A stretch of DNA of 64,000 nt from assembly GCA_963921275.4 (NCBI GenBank), contig OZ001293.3, forward strand, positions 4,896,001-4,960,000. The letters are read 5' to 3'. A program made the translations under genes and the position numbers. The notes beneath the pieces are model-generated. The model was not told where the DNA came from. It ran no database searches and saw nothing but the letters and a program-made list of their open reading frames with translations. Shown piece after piece: positions 12,490 through 23,302 of this stretch (its first letter is position 1; every line of letters starts with the position of its first letter). This DNA is from an uncultured Hormoscilla sp. GTDB taxonomy: Bacteria > Cyanobacteriota > Cyanobacteriia > Cyanobacteriales > Desertifilaceae.

Positions 12490-14637
12490 TCAAGCAGAGG
12501 CTTGGCGAGCAGCAGCAGCTTCGTCGGGGTGAATTCCCAGACGGGTGAGATTAATCCGGCCCTTTTCGTCGATACTTCGCACCTTCACTATTACCTCATC
12601 ACCAACATTTACCTCGTCCTCTACTTTGGGCACGTGGCCATCAGCTAGCTGGGAGATGTGAATCATCCCTTCCTTACCTGGCAGAAACTCCACAAAGGCA
12701 CCAATGCCAATAATGCGGGTGACCCGACCGACAAAGACATCTCCCGGATTGACTTTTTTGGTCATGCCCACGATGATGTTGCGTGCCTCCCGCGCTTTTT
12801 GAGCATCGCTGGATGCTATGATCACCGTGCCATCGTCTTCGATGTCTACCTTAGCGCCTGTTTGTTCGGTAATGCCCTTGATGGTCTTACCGCCCGGTCC
12901 GATAATTAGACCGATCAGTTCTGGATCGATCTTCATCATTAGTAAGCGCGGTGCATAGGGCGACATCTCCCCACGCGGTTCGGAAATGGTTTCCAGCATT
13001 TTCTCTAAGATATGCATCCGCGCTGGTTTGGCCTCATTAATCGCTTGGGCAATCACCGACAAGGGCAAACCGGTGAGTTTCATGTCCAGTTGCAGGGCCG
13101 TAATTCCCCTGTCCGTCCCTGCTACCTTGAAGTCCATATCTCCCAAAAAATCTTCAATCCCTTGAATATCCGTGAGAATTCTCACTTCCTCACCTTCCTT
13201 GATCAAACCCATCGCTGCACCGCTGACTGGTTTGACTAGCGGGACTCCCGCATCCATCAGGGACAGGGTGGAAGCGCAGACTGAACCCATTGATGTGGAA
13301 CCATTGGAAGAAAGCACTTCCGATACTACCCGAATCACGTAGGGGAAATCTTCCTTCGCTGGTATTACCGGCGCTAAGGCCCGTTCCGCTAGGGCACCAT
13401 GACCTATTTCTCGCCGTCCAGGCGATCGCATGGGCTTTGTTTCCCCGACGGAGTAAGGTGGAAAATTGTAGTGGTGCAGATAGCGTTTTTCCGCATCCGG
13501 GTGGAGGTCATCCATTTCTTGAGCATCTCCGGATGTACCCAAGGTGACAACAGACATGACCTGAGTTAGACCTCGGTTAAACAAGGCGCTACCATGTACC
13601 CGAGTAGGCAAAACTCCCACCCTGGAAGAGATAGGACGCACTTGATCCAGCTTGCGACCGTCAACCCGCATCCCCTCCTTGATTATTTGTTCCCGCATCA
13701 ATTCCTTGGTAACCTGCTTGAAGGTATTACCTACTGCTGCGGAGTCAGCATCCGCAGCCAGGCTGATGGGGTCGTCCTCGCCCAGTTCTCCAATTTGGGT
13801 GACTACTTCGGTTTCTTTGATCTCATCTAATGCTGTATCCCGCTGATGCTTGTCCAACTCGTACTGAGAAAGCACTGCTTTGATCCTGGCAGTGGCCCGA
13901 TCGCGGATAAAATTCTCTAGGGTCGGGTCTACTGTCAGCGGTTCGGCCTTAACCAGTTCTATGCCCAGTTCGGCCATCAAATCTTGCTGTGCTTTGATCA
14001 GGTCGCAGACTGCCTCATAGCCAAAGTCGATCGCTTCTATGATATCCTGTTCTGGCAGCTGGGAGGCCCCCGCCTCTACCATGATCGCCCCATCGGGAGA
14101 ACCGGCCACCACCAGGTCTAAATCTCCATTTTCCAGTTCGCTATAGGTAGGGTTGATCACGAAGTCATCCCCCACTAACCCCACCCGTACCGCTGCCATT
14201 GGACCATTAAAGGGGATCTTCGCTAGCACTACCGCGATCGATGCACCCGTCACCGCCAGCACATCTGGAGGCACCCGATCGTCCATCGACAGGGTAGTCG
14301 CCACAATTTGGATTTCATCCCGCAACCATTGTGGAAACAAAGGACGCAAGGGACGGTCAATTAACCGGCTCGTCAGAATGGCCTTTTCGGCAGGACGGCC
14401 CTCGCGCCGCAAGAAACCTCCTGGTATCCGCCCCGCTGCGTACAGTCTTTCTTCATAATCTACCAGCAGGGGCAGAAAATCAACCCCCTCTCTTCCCGGT
14501 GCCCTGGTTGCAGTCACTAAAACAACTGTATCTCCCGATTGAATCAGTACGGAACCATTCGCCTGTGGCGCAAATAGTCCTACTTTGAGTCGAATATCCC
14601 GTCCGTCAAAGGATATTGACTTGTCTATCTCTCCCAT
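12490..14637 (-). CDS. pnp: Polyribonucleotide nucleotidyltransferase (PNPase)
   Basis: [39 protein letters not shown] and S1 domains. Confidence 0.98.
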   Translation of the reverse strand: MGEIDKSISFDGRDIRLKVGLFAPQANGSVLIQSGDTVVLVTATRAPGREGVDFLPLLVDYEERLYAAGRIPGGFLRREGRPAEKAILTSRLIDRPLRPLFPQWLRDEIQIVATTLSMDDRVPPDVLAVTGASIAVVLAKIPFNGPMAAVRVGLVGDDFVINPTYSELENGDLDLVVAGSPDGAIMVEAGASQLPEQDIIEAIDFGYEAVCDLIKAQQDLMAELGIELVKAEPLTVDPTLENFIRDRATARIKAVLSQYELDKHQRDTALDEIKETEVVTQIGELGEDDPISLAADADSAAVGNTFKQVTKELMREQIIKEGMRVDGRKLDQVRPISSRVGVLPTRVHGSALFNRGLTQVMSVVTLGTSGDAQEMDDLHPDAEKRYLHHYNFPPYSVGETKPMRSPGRREIGHGALAERALAPVIPAKEDFPYVIRVVSEVLSSNGSTSMGSVCASTLSLMDAGVPLVKPVSGAAMGLIKEGEEVRILTDIQGIEDFLGDMDFKVAGTDRGITALQLDMKLTGLPLSVIAQAINEAKPARMHILEKMLETISEPRGEMSPYAPRLLMMKIDPELIGLIIGPGGKTIKGITEQTGAKVDIEDDGTVIIASSDAQKAREARNIIVGMTKKVNPGDVFVGRVTRIIGIGAFVEFLPGKEGMIHISQLADGHVPKVEDEVNVGDEVIVKVRSIDEKGRINLTRLGIHPDEAAAARQASA

Positions 14638-15129
14638 GCAACACTATGCCCTCTAGTTCACACTTGTTTATTTCCTAATAGTCGCAATCGTAGCATTGAT
14701 ATTAGTTGTTAGTCCCTCCCATATCTGCAAGCACCCCACCGCCAGTCGGCAGAAACTCTCCGCTTGACTCACACGTACCATATATTCTCCCTCTTGTCAA
14801 GCATCCAGCGATCGCAGCCCGTAGAGGCGAGCAGATGCCCAGAAACCGGTTTTTTTAGTTCTTCGGGATCCAGACTGGGTGTGTTATAGCATATCTACTA
14901 TAATTTGTCTATGAATAAAAAAATTGAGGCTGTTGCCCGATGCATTTTTCTCTATTGGTTGTATAATACCGATGTCAGCGCGATGTCTGAGGGGTTTTTG
15001 CATCAGCGCAGCTGCTGCGCAGCTGCTAGCATCCCGAAGACATCGAATGAGCTCGGCGTTCAGTGGTGAAAACTGTATATTACACGAGCAAATCTAACCA
15101 TAAACAATTAGCAATTAACAATTAACAAT

Positions 15130-18100
15130 ATGGGTATTTTACACGGGAGTTGGTTAAGTCAGGGCGAGTTGTTGATTTGGGGAGAAAAATGGCGCTTTGA
15201 GACGGCGGTGAAAATTACTCAGTTGGATGAGACCTATGGCCATCCTTTGGGGATGACATCTGCTGAGTTACAATCCTTTTGGGAAACTATACAACAGCAG
15301 TATAAAATTAGTTGGTCAAAGCAAGATGTGAAATGGCAAACGAGGGCTATCGCACTGCCAACGGAGATCGCTAAAGGTACTTCCGATATCTCCCTGTGTG
15401 CCGAGTCCCCTGGGGCAAGAGCACAACAGGAGATATCGAAAAGCCGGGCCGTGCGTTCCCGGGCGAGATCCAGGGAACGAGAGGAAGAAGGTTTATTTAC
15501 AGTTATACCTCAGCATTCAGCTGTCCCAAAGTCCGGAGAGGTGTTTTTGTATCCCTGGGAAGTGGAAGGACTCTGCTTAAATACCATTGCGGCGATGAAA
15601 TTTTTGCAGGCTTTGCCTCTCTCCGGACTAGACTATTCTTGGTTGGGGTCAGATTTGCGCTTTTGGTCTCACCTCAGTCGCTGGAGTATGGATCTATTGG
15701 CCAGAGGTAAGTTTTTACCCACCCTCAAGGGTAATATCGCTTGCTGGCAACCTCTCCTAGATAGCAGTATAGACCAATCCCGTCTTGTGAATTTTGCTCG
15801 GGCTATGCCTGATATTTGTCGCAGTTATATGGAAAACACTAAAGTGTTTACTACGAACGGGGAAAACACTAAAGTGTTTACTACGAACATGGGGAATAGC
15901 ATCAGTTTGCCGATGGCGCTACGCTGGGGGCGCCAGCCGTGCGCACCCCAAGGGTTGATTAAGGAATTCTTGAGTCGGGCGATCGATTGCCAAGTGCGAG
16001 TTGTAGCGGGTGCCAATTCTCTCCCCAACATAGCATCTCCAGTATGGGAGTGGCTATCCGCTTTAACTCAGGAAAATGCAACTATCCATGGGACTGGGAT
16101 AGAAAGCATTTCTACGGCCCTCGATCGTTGGACAGCACCGGTACAACACCTGCTACAAGGACGGCAAGGTTTCTTGACTTGTTTTAAGCTGCATCCTCCA
16201 AGTAAGCAAGATTGGATGCTGGAGTATTGCTTGCAAGCGGCTGATGACCCAGAATTTATCGTAGATGCAACTACTATATGGAATAATCCCGTTGAAGGTT
16301 TGGTGGTTCGCGATCGCGCCATTAAGCAACCGCAAGAAACTTTCCTGAGTGGTTTGGGTTTAGCTTCCAGGTTGTTCCCACCAATTGAAGCCAGTTTAGA
16401 AAGCCAACGTCCTCTTTTCTGTCGCCTGACACCGGTGCAAGCCTATGAGTTTATTAAGTCGGCGGCCTGGCGTTTCCAAGATAGCGGTTTGGGAGTAATT
16501 TTACCCCCATCTCTGGCAAATAGAGAGGGGTTGGCTAGTCGCTTGGGGTTAAGTATTCGCGCTATGATGCCGAATTTAAAAAAGACAGAAAAAATTGGGT
16601 TGCAGAGTCTGCTGAATTTCAAGTGGAAATTGACGATCGGGCAACAGCGTTTGTCGGAAGCTGAGTTTAAGGAACTGATCGCGAAGGGTTCTCCCTTGGT
16701 GGAAATAAATGAAGAATGGGTGGAGTTGCGACCCCAGGATGTCCGCGCCGCTGAGGAGTTCTTTGCTAGTCGCAAAGATAAGGTGAATCTTTCCTTAGAA
16801 GATGCTTTGCGGATCGGTACGGGGGATACCCAGACGATTGAAAAGCTGCCAGTAGTGAGTTTTGAGGCGTCCGGAGTGCTGCAAGAGTTACTCGCTAACT
16901 TGACGGATAATCGATCTATAAAGGCGATCGCCACTCCGGCCAATTTCCGAGGCGAGTTGCGTCCTTACCAGGCCCGGGGTGCTAGTTGGCTGGCATTTTT
17001 GCAGCGCTGGGGTTTGGGTGCTTGTCTCGCAGATGATATGGGGTTGGGAAAGACGATCGAACTGATTGCTTTTCTGCTGCACTTGCAAGAACAAGATGCC
17101 CTGACAGGACCGACCCTGCTAGTTTGTCCTACTTCAGTATTAGGGAATTGGGAGCGAGAAGTCAAGAAATTTGCCCCCACCCTGAAAACTCTGGTGCATC
17201 ACGGGGAGAAACGGGCCAAAGATCAGGATTTTGCTCGGACGATTCAGGATCGGGATTTGATCGTTACCAGTTATAGTCTAGCTTTCCGGGATGAAAAGGA
17301 ACTCTCAAGTGTTGAATGGCAAGCTGTGGTTTTGGATGAGGCTCAGAACATTAAAAATCCCGGCAGCAAGCAGTCCCAAGCGGTGCGCCAGTTGCCGACA
17401 GAGTTGAGAATTGCCCTGACAGGAACTCCGGTAGAAAATAAGCTGCAAGAATTGTGGTCCATTATGGATTTCCTCAATCCCGGCTATTTGGGCACGCGGC
17501 AATTTTTCCAGCGCCGGTTTGCCATGCCCATTGAAAAGTATGGAGACCCCTCATCTTTGCAGACTTTGCGATCGCTTGTCGGACCCTTTATCCTCCGCCG
17601 CCTGAAGACCGATCGAGATATCATCCAAGATTTGCCAGAGAAACAGGAGATGACAGTATTCTGCGGACTAACCCCAATACAAGCGGAACTATATCAGCAG
17701 GTTGTCGATCAATCCTTAGCCCAGATAGATATATATGATGGGCTAGTGCGTCACGGACTAATTATCGCTTTGCTGACTAAACTCAAGCAAATTTGCAATC
17801 ATCCCGCCCAATTCCGCAAGCAAAAAACCTTGACAAATCCCCAGCAATCTAATAAACTAATGCGGTTAGAGTCAATGCTGTCAGAGGCGATCGCAGCCGG
17901 CGATCGTGTTTTAATATTCACCCAATTTGCGGAATGGGGCAAATTGTTGAAACCATATCTGGAACAGCAGTTAGGAGAGGAAGTGTTGCTACTGTATGGG
18001 AACACCCGCAAAAAGCAACGGGAGGAGATGATAGATCGCTTCCAGCAGGATCCGCAAGGGCCAAAAATCATGATTTTGTCTCTGAAAGCGGGGGGTGTGG

Positions 18101-18396
18101 GACTAAACTTAACGCGGGCCAATCACGTATTTCACTTTGACCGTTGGTGGAACCCAGCGGTGGAAAATCAAGCAACCGATCGGGCCTTCAGAATTGGTCA
18201 AACCCGCAATGTGCAGGTGCATAAGTTTGTCTGTAGTGGGACTTTGGAGGAGAAGATCCACGAAATGATTGAAAGTAAAAAACTGCTGGCAGAACAAGTA
18301 GTAGGTACGGGAGAAAAGTGGTTGGCAGAACTAGATAGTGACCGGTTGCGGGATCTACTATTACTCGATCGCAGTGCCATAAGAGATGAAGAATAA
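15130..18396 (+). CDS. SNF2-family helicase/ATPase
   Basis: LADDMGLGKT, LDEAQNIKN, LTGTPVEN, QATDRAFRIGQ motifs. Confidence 0.95.
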   Translation: MGILHGSWLSQGELLIWGEKWRFETAVKITQLDETYGHPLGMTSAELQSFWETIQQQYKISWSKQDVKWQTRAIALPTEIAKGTSDISLCAESPGARAQQEISKSRAVRSRARSREREEEGLFTVIPQHSAVPKSGEVFLYPWEVEGLCLNTIAAMKFLQALPLSGLDYSWLGSDLRFWSHLSRWSMDLLARGKFLPTLKGNIACWQPLLDSSIDQSRLVNFARAMPDICRSYMENTKVFTTNGENTKVFTTNMGNSISLPMALRWGRQPCAPQGLIKEFLSRAIDCQVRVVAGANSLPNIASPVWEWLSALTQENATIHGTGIESISTALDRWTAPVQHLLQGRQGFLTCFKLHPPSKQDWMLEYCLQAADDPEFIVDATTIWNNPVEGLVVRDRAIKQPQETFLSGLGLASRLFPPIEASLESQRPLFCRLTPVQAYEFIKSAAWRFQDSGLGVILPPSLANREGLASRLGLSIRAMMPNLKKTEKIGLQSLLNFKWKLTIGQQRLSEAEFKELIAKGSPLVEINEEWVELRPQDVRAAEEFFASRKDKVNLSLEDALRIGTGDTQTIEKLPVVSFEASGVLQELLANLTDNRSIKAIATPANFRGELRPYQARGASWLAFLQRWGLGACLADDMGLGKTIELIAFLLHLQEQDALTGPTLLVCPTSVLGNWEREVKKFAPTLKTLVHHGEKRAKDQDFARTIQDRDLIVTSYSLAFRDEKELSSVEWQAVVLDEAQNIKNPGSKQSQAVRQLPTELRIALTGTPVENKLQELWSIMDFLNPGYLGTRQFFQRRFAMPIEKYGDPSSLQTLRSLVGPFILRRLKTDRDIIQDLPEKQEMTVFCGLTPIQAELYQQVVDQSLAQIDIYDGLVRHGLIIALLTKLKQICNHPAQFRKQKTLTNPQQSNKLMRLESMLSEAIAAGDRVLIFTQFAEWGKLLKPYLEQQLGEEVLLLYGNTRKKQREEMIDRFQQDPQGPKIMILSLKAGGVGLNLTRANHVFHFDRWWNPAVENQATDRAFRIGQTRNVQVHKFVCSGTLEEKIHEMIESKKLLAEQVVGTGEKWLAELDSDRLRDLLLLDRSAIRDEE

Positions 18397-18460
18397 TGGT
18401 GAATAATAAATGGTGAATTACGAAAAAAAGATATAATGGAGAATAGCACATAGTAGGAGA

Positions 18461-19267
18461 TTGGTAATGAATGAACTAGCAACGCTACCCACCCCATCCA
18501 ATCCGCCTCTTGCACCCCGGCAAACATTACCGACGATGTACGACCTGCCCAGCGAAGATCCTGAGGAAATCCGGATGCCAGATGAATATCACGAACTACA
18601 GTCAATGCTGTTGCGATTTACGTTCCGACCGGATAATTTTCCCTGGGAGCAAGTGTTTGTGGGAACCGATCTCAACATTTACTACGATCGCCATCATCTG
18701 AATTGGTATAAACGTCCGGATTGGTTTGCGGTGGTAGGAGTAGAACGACTCTACGAAGGTCGCGATATACGAGATAGCTATGTCATGTGGCAAGAACTGG
18801 TCAGTCCATTTGTTATAGTTGAACTATTGTCCCCCAGTACGGAAAATGAAGATTTGGGCCGGACCGTACGCCAACCGGGAAACCCACCAACTAAGTGGGA
18901 AGTTTACTCCCAAATTCTGCGCGTTCCTTACTACGTTGTGTTCAGTCGCCTCAACAATGAATTTCAGGCATTTCATTTGGTGGGCGATCGATACCAACCA
19001 GTTTCCCTGAGTAATGGGCGTTTGCTCATTCGAGAAGTGGAGCTGAGTTTAGGTTTGTGGCGAGGGAGTTATGAAGGTATTAACCGGCTGTGGTTGCGGT
19101 GGTTTATGGCTGATGGTCAATTGATTCTGACTCCTAATGAGGAAGCAGCCGCAGCTGAACAACGAGCCACTGAAGCTGAGCAACGACTTCAAGAAGCGAC
19201 ACAACTTGCTGAACTGCTCGCAGCAAAACTGCGGGAGTTAAATATTGACCCGAATTCACTCGGTTGA
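18461..19267 (+). CDS. Uma2 family endonuclease (DUF820)
   Basis: LPTMYDLPSEDPEE, RPDWFAVVGV, VELLSPST; coiled-coil tail. Confidence 0.9.
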   Translation: MVMNELATLPTPSNPPLAPRQTLPTMYDLPSEDPEEIRMPDEYHELQSMLLRFTFRPDNFPWEQVFVGTDLNIYYDRHHLNWYKRPDWFAVVGVERLYEGRDIRDSYVMWQELVSPFVIVELLSPSTENEDLGRTVRQPGNPPTKWEVYSQILRVPYYVVFSRLNNEFQAFHLVGDRYQPVSLSNGRLLIREVELSLGLWRGSYEGINRLWLRWFMADGQLILTPNEEAAAAEQRATEAEQRLQEATQLAELLAAKLRELNIDPNSLG

Positions 19268-19353
19268 TGTGGGGGACGATCGCTGCTCGTGCAGGATCGA
19301 TCGCCCTTTGGAGAGTAATTGAGAATAGTGAATTGAGCATGGTGAATGGAGAG

Positions 19354-20172
19354 ATGACGAATTCGACAATCCAACGGGAATGGTGGACGGAAAGATGGTT
19401 AGAACTGTTAGATAAATACCGTTTTAAGAAGCGTTTAGAAAGGGCGCGAAACTATGCGCGAGAGGGAAATGTTCTCAGCATTGAGTTTCAAGACCAGAAG
19501 GTAGTGGCCAAAGTGCAGGGGTCAGAAGCAGAACCCTACCAACTTTCAATCTGGATTGATACTTTCACGGATGAAGAATGGGATTATGTAATTGAAACTA
19601 TGTCTCAGCGGGCAATATTTGCGGCCAAGTTGCTAGCCGGAGAAATGCCCGATAATATAGAAGAGGTGTTTACTGCCAATGGGTTGAGTCTGTTTCCCTT
19701 CACCTTGCAAGAAGTGCGATCGCAATGTAATTGTCCGGATAAAGCTAATCCTTGCAAGCATATAGGGGCGGTTTACTATTTGTTGGGCGATCGCTTCTGT
19801 GAGGATCCCTTTGTAATCTTCCAGTTAAGGGGGCGGAAAAAAGAGCAAATTATCGGCAAACTTCGCCAGCTAAGAAGTGCCGAACCAGAGGAGTCTGATA
19901 ATAATAGAACTGAGATAGAACCGGAAAGTACCAACTTTCAACCTCCCAAAATTGACCAATTCTGGAAATACGAGGCCCAACTGGATCCGGCCCTAGTGGT
20001 AATAGCGCCACCGCCAAGTAATGAAACTATTATCTATGTCTTAGGAACGATACCTTTACCAGGGGAAGCAGGAAAAGTGGGAAATGCAGAAGCAGTAATG
20101 CAGTATTTGCAGACAGTTTATCAGCAGGTAAGTCAGCAGGCGATGATGACGGCTTTGCATCGAGATAATTAA
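19354..20172 (+). CDS. SWIM zinc-finger protein
   Basis: CNCPDKANPCKH SWIM motif; typical partner of SNF2; ATG 19354 follows GGAGAG. Confidence 0.9.
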   Translation: MTNSTIQREWWTERWLELLDKYRFKKRLERARNYAREGNVLSIEFQDQKVVAKVQGSEAEPYQLSIWIDTFTDEEWDYVIETMSQRAIFAAKLLAGEMPDNIEEVFTANGLSLFPFTLQEVRSQCNCPDKANPCKHIGAVYYLLGDRFCEDPFVIFQLRGRKKEQIIGKLRQLRSAEPEESDNNRTEIEPESTNFQPPKIDQFWKYEAQLDPALVVIAPPPSNETIIYVLGTIPLPGEAGKVGNAEAVMQYLQTVYQQVSQQAMMTALHRDN

Positions 20173-20338
20173 TTTAGAATGGAGAATGTAGAATTAAGAA
20201 TTGTTGATAATTTATTCATGTCTATAGCAGCCCGCACTAGCGATCGTCGCGCACTGGGTATCGGAACGCGCTATTTGCCATTTTCAATTCTCATGCTCCC
20301 AATGCTATATAATCGATCGGAGACATTAACAAGCAAGT

Positions 20339-20970
20339 ATGAAGCGTAGAGATTTTATCTATCTGGTGGGTGCGTCCGCTGGTTAAGTCTACGCGGCGAT
20401 GATTGCCCTAGACTTACTAAAACAACCAGCAACCGCCAGGAGTAAATTTGAACTTTTCGGCAACAACAAGGGCAAAAAAATTGTCATCCTGGGGGCTGGT
20501 ATTGCTGGCATGGCAGCAGCTTACGAACTGGAAAAAATTGGCTACGACTGCACCATCTTAGAAGCCGGAAGCCAGGAACGTGCCGGAGGTCGCTGCTGGA
20601 CAGTCCGCCAAGGCACAGTAGAAACAGAGATTAGCGGCGAAAGGCAAGTCGCTAACTTCAATGCCGGACTGTACTTTAATCCGGGTCCAGCGCGGATACC
20701 CCAGCACCACATTACCCTAGACTATTGCCAAGAATTGGGCGTCCCCATAGAAGTTTTTACCAACGTTAACGAAGCAGCCTACTACTATAATGAAGGTGTC
20801 GGACCTCTATCGAATCTCCGATTTTTCCGGAACGGTGTGCGGATCCGCGAGGCTAAAACAGATATGCGGGGCTATATGACAGAATTACTCGCTAAGGCGA
20901 TCGACCAAGATGCCCTAGATCTGCCACTGACAACCGAAGACATAGAAAAAATGCTCGAATTTCTCCACAG
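20339..20970 (+). pseudogene. Flavin monoamine / L-amino-acid oxidase family, truncated
   Basis: Tat-like MKRRDF start at 20339, in-frame TAA at 20384, GAGIAG FAD motif, FNPGPARIP; similarity ends near 20970. Confidence 0.8.
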
Positions 20971-21089
20971 AGATGGTAAATCAGCAGGTGATGGACAAAC
21001 CAGGCGCGACCGTAGATACTAACCCAGATTAAGGTCAAGGCCCGCCCAGTTGACGCTCGCGCCCAACCAGCAGATTTAGGAGTGAAAGT

Positions 21090-21400
21090 GGGAAATTGGG
21101 AACAACTCTCTTGGTTTGAGAGAAGGAATGTTCTTAGGCATGGAGCGCCCTCAATTCATAGGTTTGCTGAGTAGGTTCTTGTTGTTAGAGAGTCAAAAAA
21201 TTATGCAGTTCCTTAATAGACACAGGTGCTATATAAATGTTATGTTATGATTCATAAACTTCTTGAAAAGACTCGATCGCCTCTTGAATCTTCCTAATAG
21301 CATTAGCTTGGGGGATTCCTTGACCGACTAGACTATTCTCCAAACATAAAGCCACCCAGTAACTTGCGCTTTGACTCAAGACCACTGTGTAAAAATCTAT
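21090..21400 (-). pseudogene. HicB-like antitoxin plus start of HicA-like toxin, both degraded
   Basis: (ATA)DFYTVVLSQSASYWVALCLEN..AIESF with internal stops; overlapping ATG at 21141 MPKNIPSLKPREL is then truncated. Confidence 0.65.
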
Positions 21401-21412
21401 GACTATTCCTCT

Positions 21413-22237
21413 ATGAGAGAACCGCTGGCTAAACAACGACTGGACAGTTTATTAGTAGAATTGAAATTATGCGAGTCGCGCCAATTGGCCCAGCGGCTAA
21501 TTCGGGCAGGAGAAGTGATGGTAAATCAGCAAGTGATTGACAAACCTGGCACGACCGTAGATACTAACTCCCAGATTAAGGTCAAGGCCCGATCGCCCTT
21601 CGTCTCCAGAGGCGGGGAAAAGCTAGCTACAGCCCTAGAGGTCTTTGCCATACCGGTGCAAGACCGGGTATGCTTGGATAGTGGCATTTCCACAGGCGGT
21701 TTTACCGACTGTCTGCTGCAAGGGGGGGCGGCACTGGTTTATGGTATTGATGTGGGTTACGGACAAGTTGACTGGCGCTTGCGCCAAGACCCCAGGGTGA
21801 TATTGCTCGAACGCACTAATTTGCGATATCTTACTCCTGCCCAGTTGTACGATCGTGCTGGACCAGCAGATTTAGGAGTGGTGGATGTCTCGTTTATCTC
21901 CCTGACCAAAATTATGCCTGCTCTCTGGCAGCTACTTTCGCCTCCCAGAGAGGTAATATTGTTAGTGAAGCCGCAGTTTGAAGTCGGGCGCGGGCGTGTG
22001 GGCAAAAAAGGCGTAGTGCGAGACCCCCAAGACCGGGCCAATGCAATACTACAAGTGTGGCAAACTGCATTACAGCTGGGGTGGCGCGATCGGGGCTTAA
22101 TGCGATCGCCTCTAACAGGTCCAGCTGGTAATATAGAATATCTCCTCTGGCTAGGAATAGACAGCCATACCCCAGGGCTTACTCCTGAGGAGATATCTCA
22201 GATCGCCCAAGCTGGCCCAAAAGGCGATATCAACTGA
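21413..22237 (+). CDS. tlyA: TlyA family RNA methyltransferase
   Basis: KQRLD S4 domain, FVSRGGEKL, STGGFTDCLLQ, DVSFISL, LVKPQFE. Confidence 0.93.
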   Translation: MREPLAKQRLDSLLVELKLCESRQLAQRLIRAGEVMVNQQVIDKPGTTVDTNSQIKVKARSPFVSRGGEKLATALEVFAIPVQDRVCLDSGISTGGFTDCLLQGGAALVYGIDVGYGQVDWRLRQDPRVILLERTNLRYLTPAQLYDRAGPADLGVVDVSFISLTKIMPALWQLLSPPREVILLVKPQFEVGRGRVGKKGVVRDPQDRANAILQVWQTALQLGWRDRGLMRSPLTGPAGNIEYLLWLGIDSHTPGLTPEEISQIAQAGPKGDIN

Positions 22238-22269
22238 CAAGTAAGTTCTTTGCGATCTACCCGGATTAA

Positions 22270-23022
22270 ATGAAAAGTAAAAACCAGCAACTTATCTATC
22301 TCATCTTGACGCGCACAATCCTTTATCTAGGGGTGATATCTATTGTTATTGGTTTGGTGAGGTGGCTGAAAGAATTATCAATTTGGTTCGCAGATAAATA
22401 CTTATACAGCATTCCCTTGATCGGCGATATATTGCGAAGTGTAGAAATAATCGATCTGGCAAACATCGTATTATTTGCCATCCTGGGAATGGCATTTGGC
22501 TTGGCAAGCATCCTGTTGCCCAGGAAGCTGAGGCTGAAAATCAGCGCTATACTTTTAATTCCTATAGTGGCCATAATATTTAATACCACTAGCGTCATCA
22601 GATACAGGCAATGGGTAGAAGAAGTGGGAGTGCAAGAGAAACTTTCTACGGCTGAAGCCACAGGTCTAACCAATGCATTTTTGACCAGTCAAGTGGGAAA
22701 GAAGGGCTTCTGGGGTTTCTATTTATATACGGCAGAATATTCTATGCTCCCTAAAAATAAAATCGAAATGCGGGAAATGAAAAAAATAGATGATCAACTG
22801 AAATTAGCATTGATTAAAATTGTCGGCAAAAAATTTTCTTTGCTAGTAAAATTAATGTTTGCACTGGTAGGCTGGTTGATAAAATCATTTTATTTGACAA
22901 TCTCACTCATAGCAACAATTTCCCATTTTAAGTATGGGATGAGCGCATCAGAAATGCTGCATATGCAAGCAGACCAAATTATAGAAAAACTCAATCAACC
23001 TAAGAGGAAGTCTGTATCGTAA
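22270..23022 (+). CDS. Hypothetical membrane protein
   Basis: 250-aa ORF with several hydrophobic segments. Confidence 0.7.
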   Translation: MKSKNQQLIYLILTRTILYLGVISIVIGLVRWLKELSIWFADKYLYSIPLIGDILRSVEIIDLANIVLFAILGMAFGLASILLPRKLRLKISAILLIPIVAIIFNTTSVIRYRQWVEEVGVQEKLSTAEATGLTNAFLTSQVGKKGFWGFYLYTAEYSMLPKNKIEMREMKKIDDQLKLALIKIVGKKFSLLVKLMFALVGWLIKSFYLTISLIATISHFKYGMSASEMLHMQADQIIEKLNQPKRKSVS

Positions 23023-23302
23023 GTGGCCGCAACCAATATTCCTAGAGCGTCGGTTCGGTAGCAGGGAGCTTTCTCGACGAGAATATGTCAATGAAAGGCG
23101 CTATAATAGCTACTCACCTAAAGAAGAAAATAGTCTCGTAGCCGAGCATTCCCAGACCCGGCCAACGAGTGCGAACCCAACCTAGAACATTACTATTTTT
23201 GCAAATATGAGATGCACCTCCTATTGCCAAGGTAGAAGTAGAATATGGACAATTAACTATTAGCAATATCGCTCCAGCGTCACTCACTGCGTATACGGAA
23301 TT

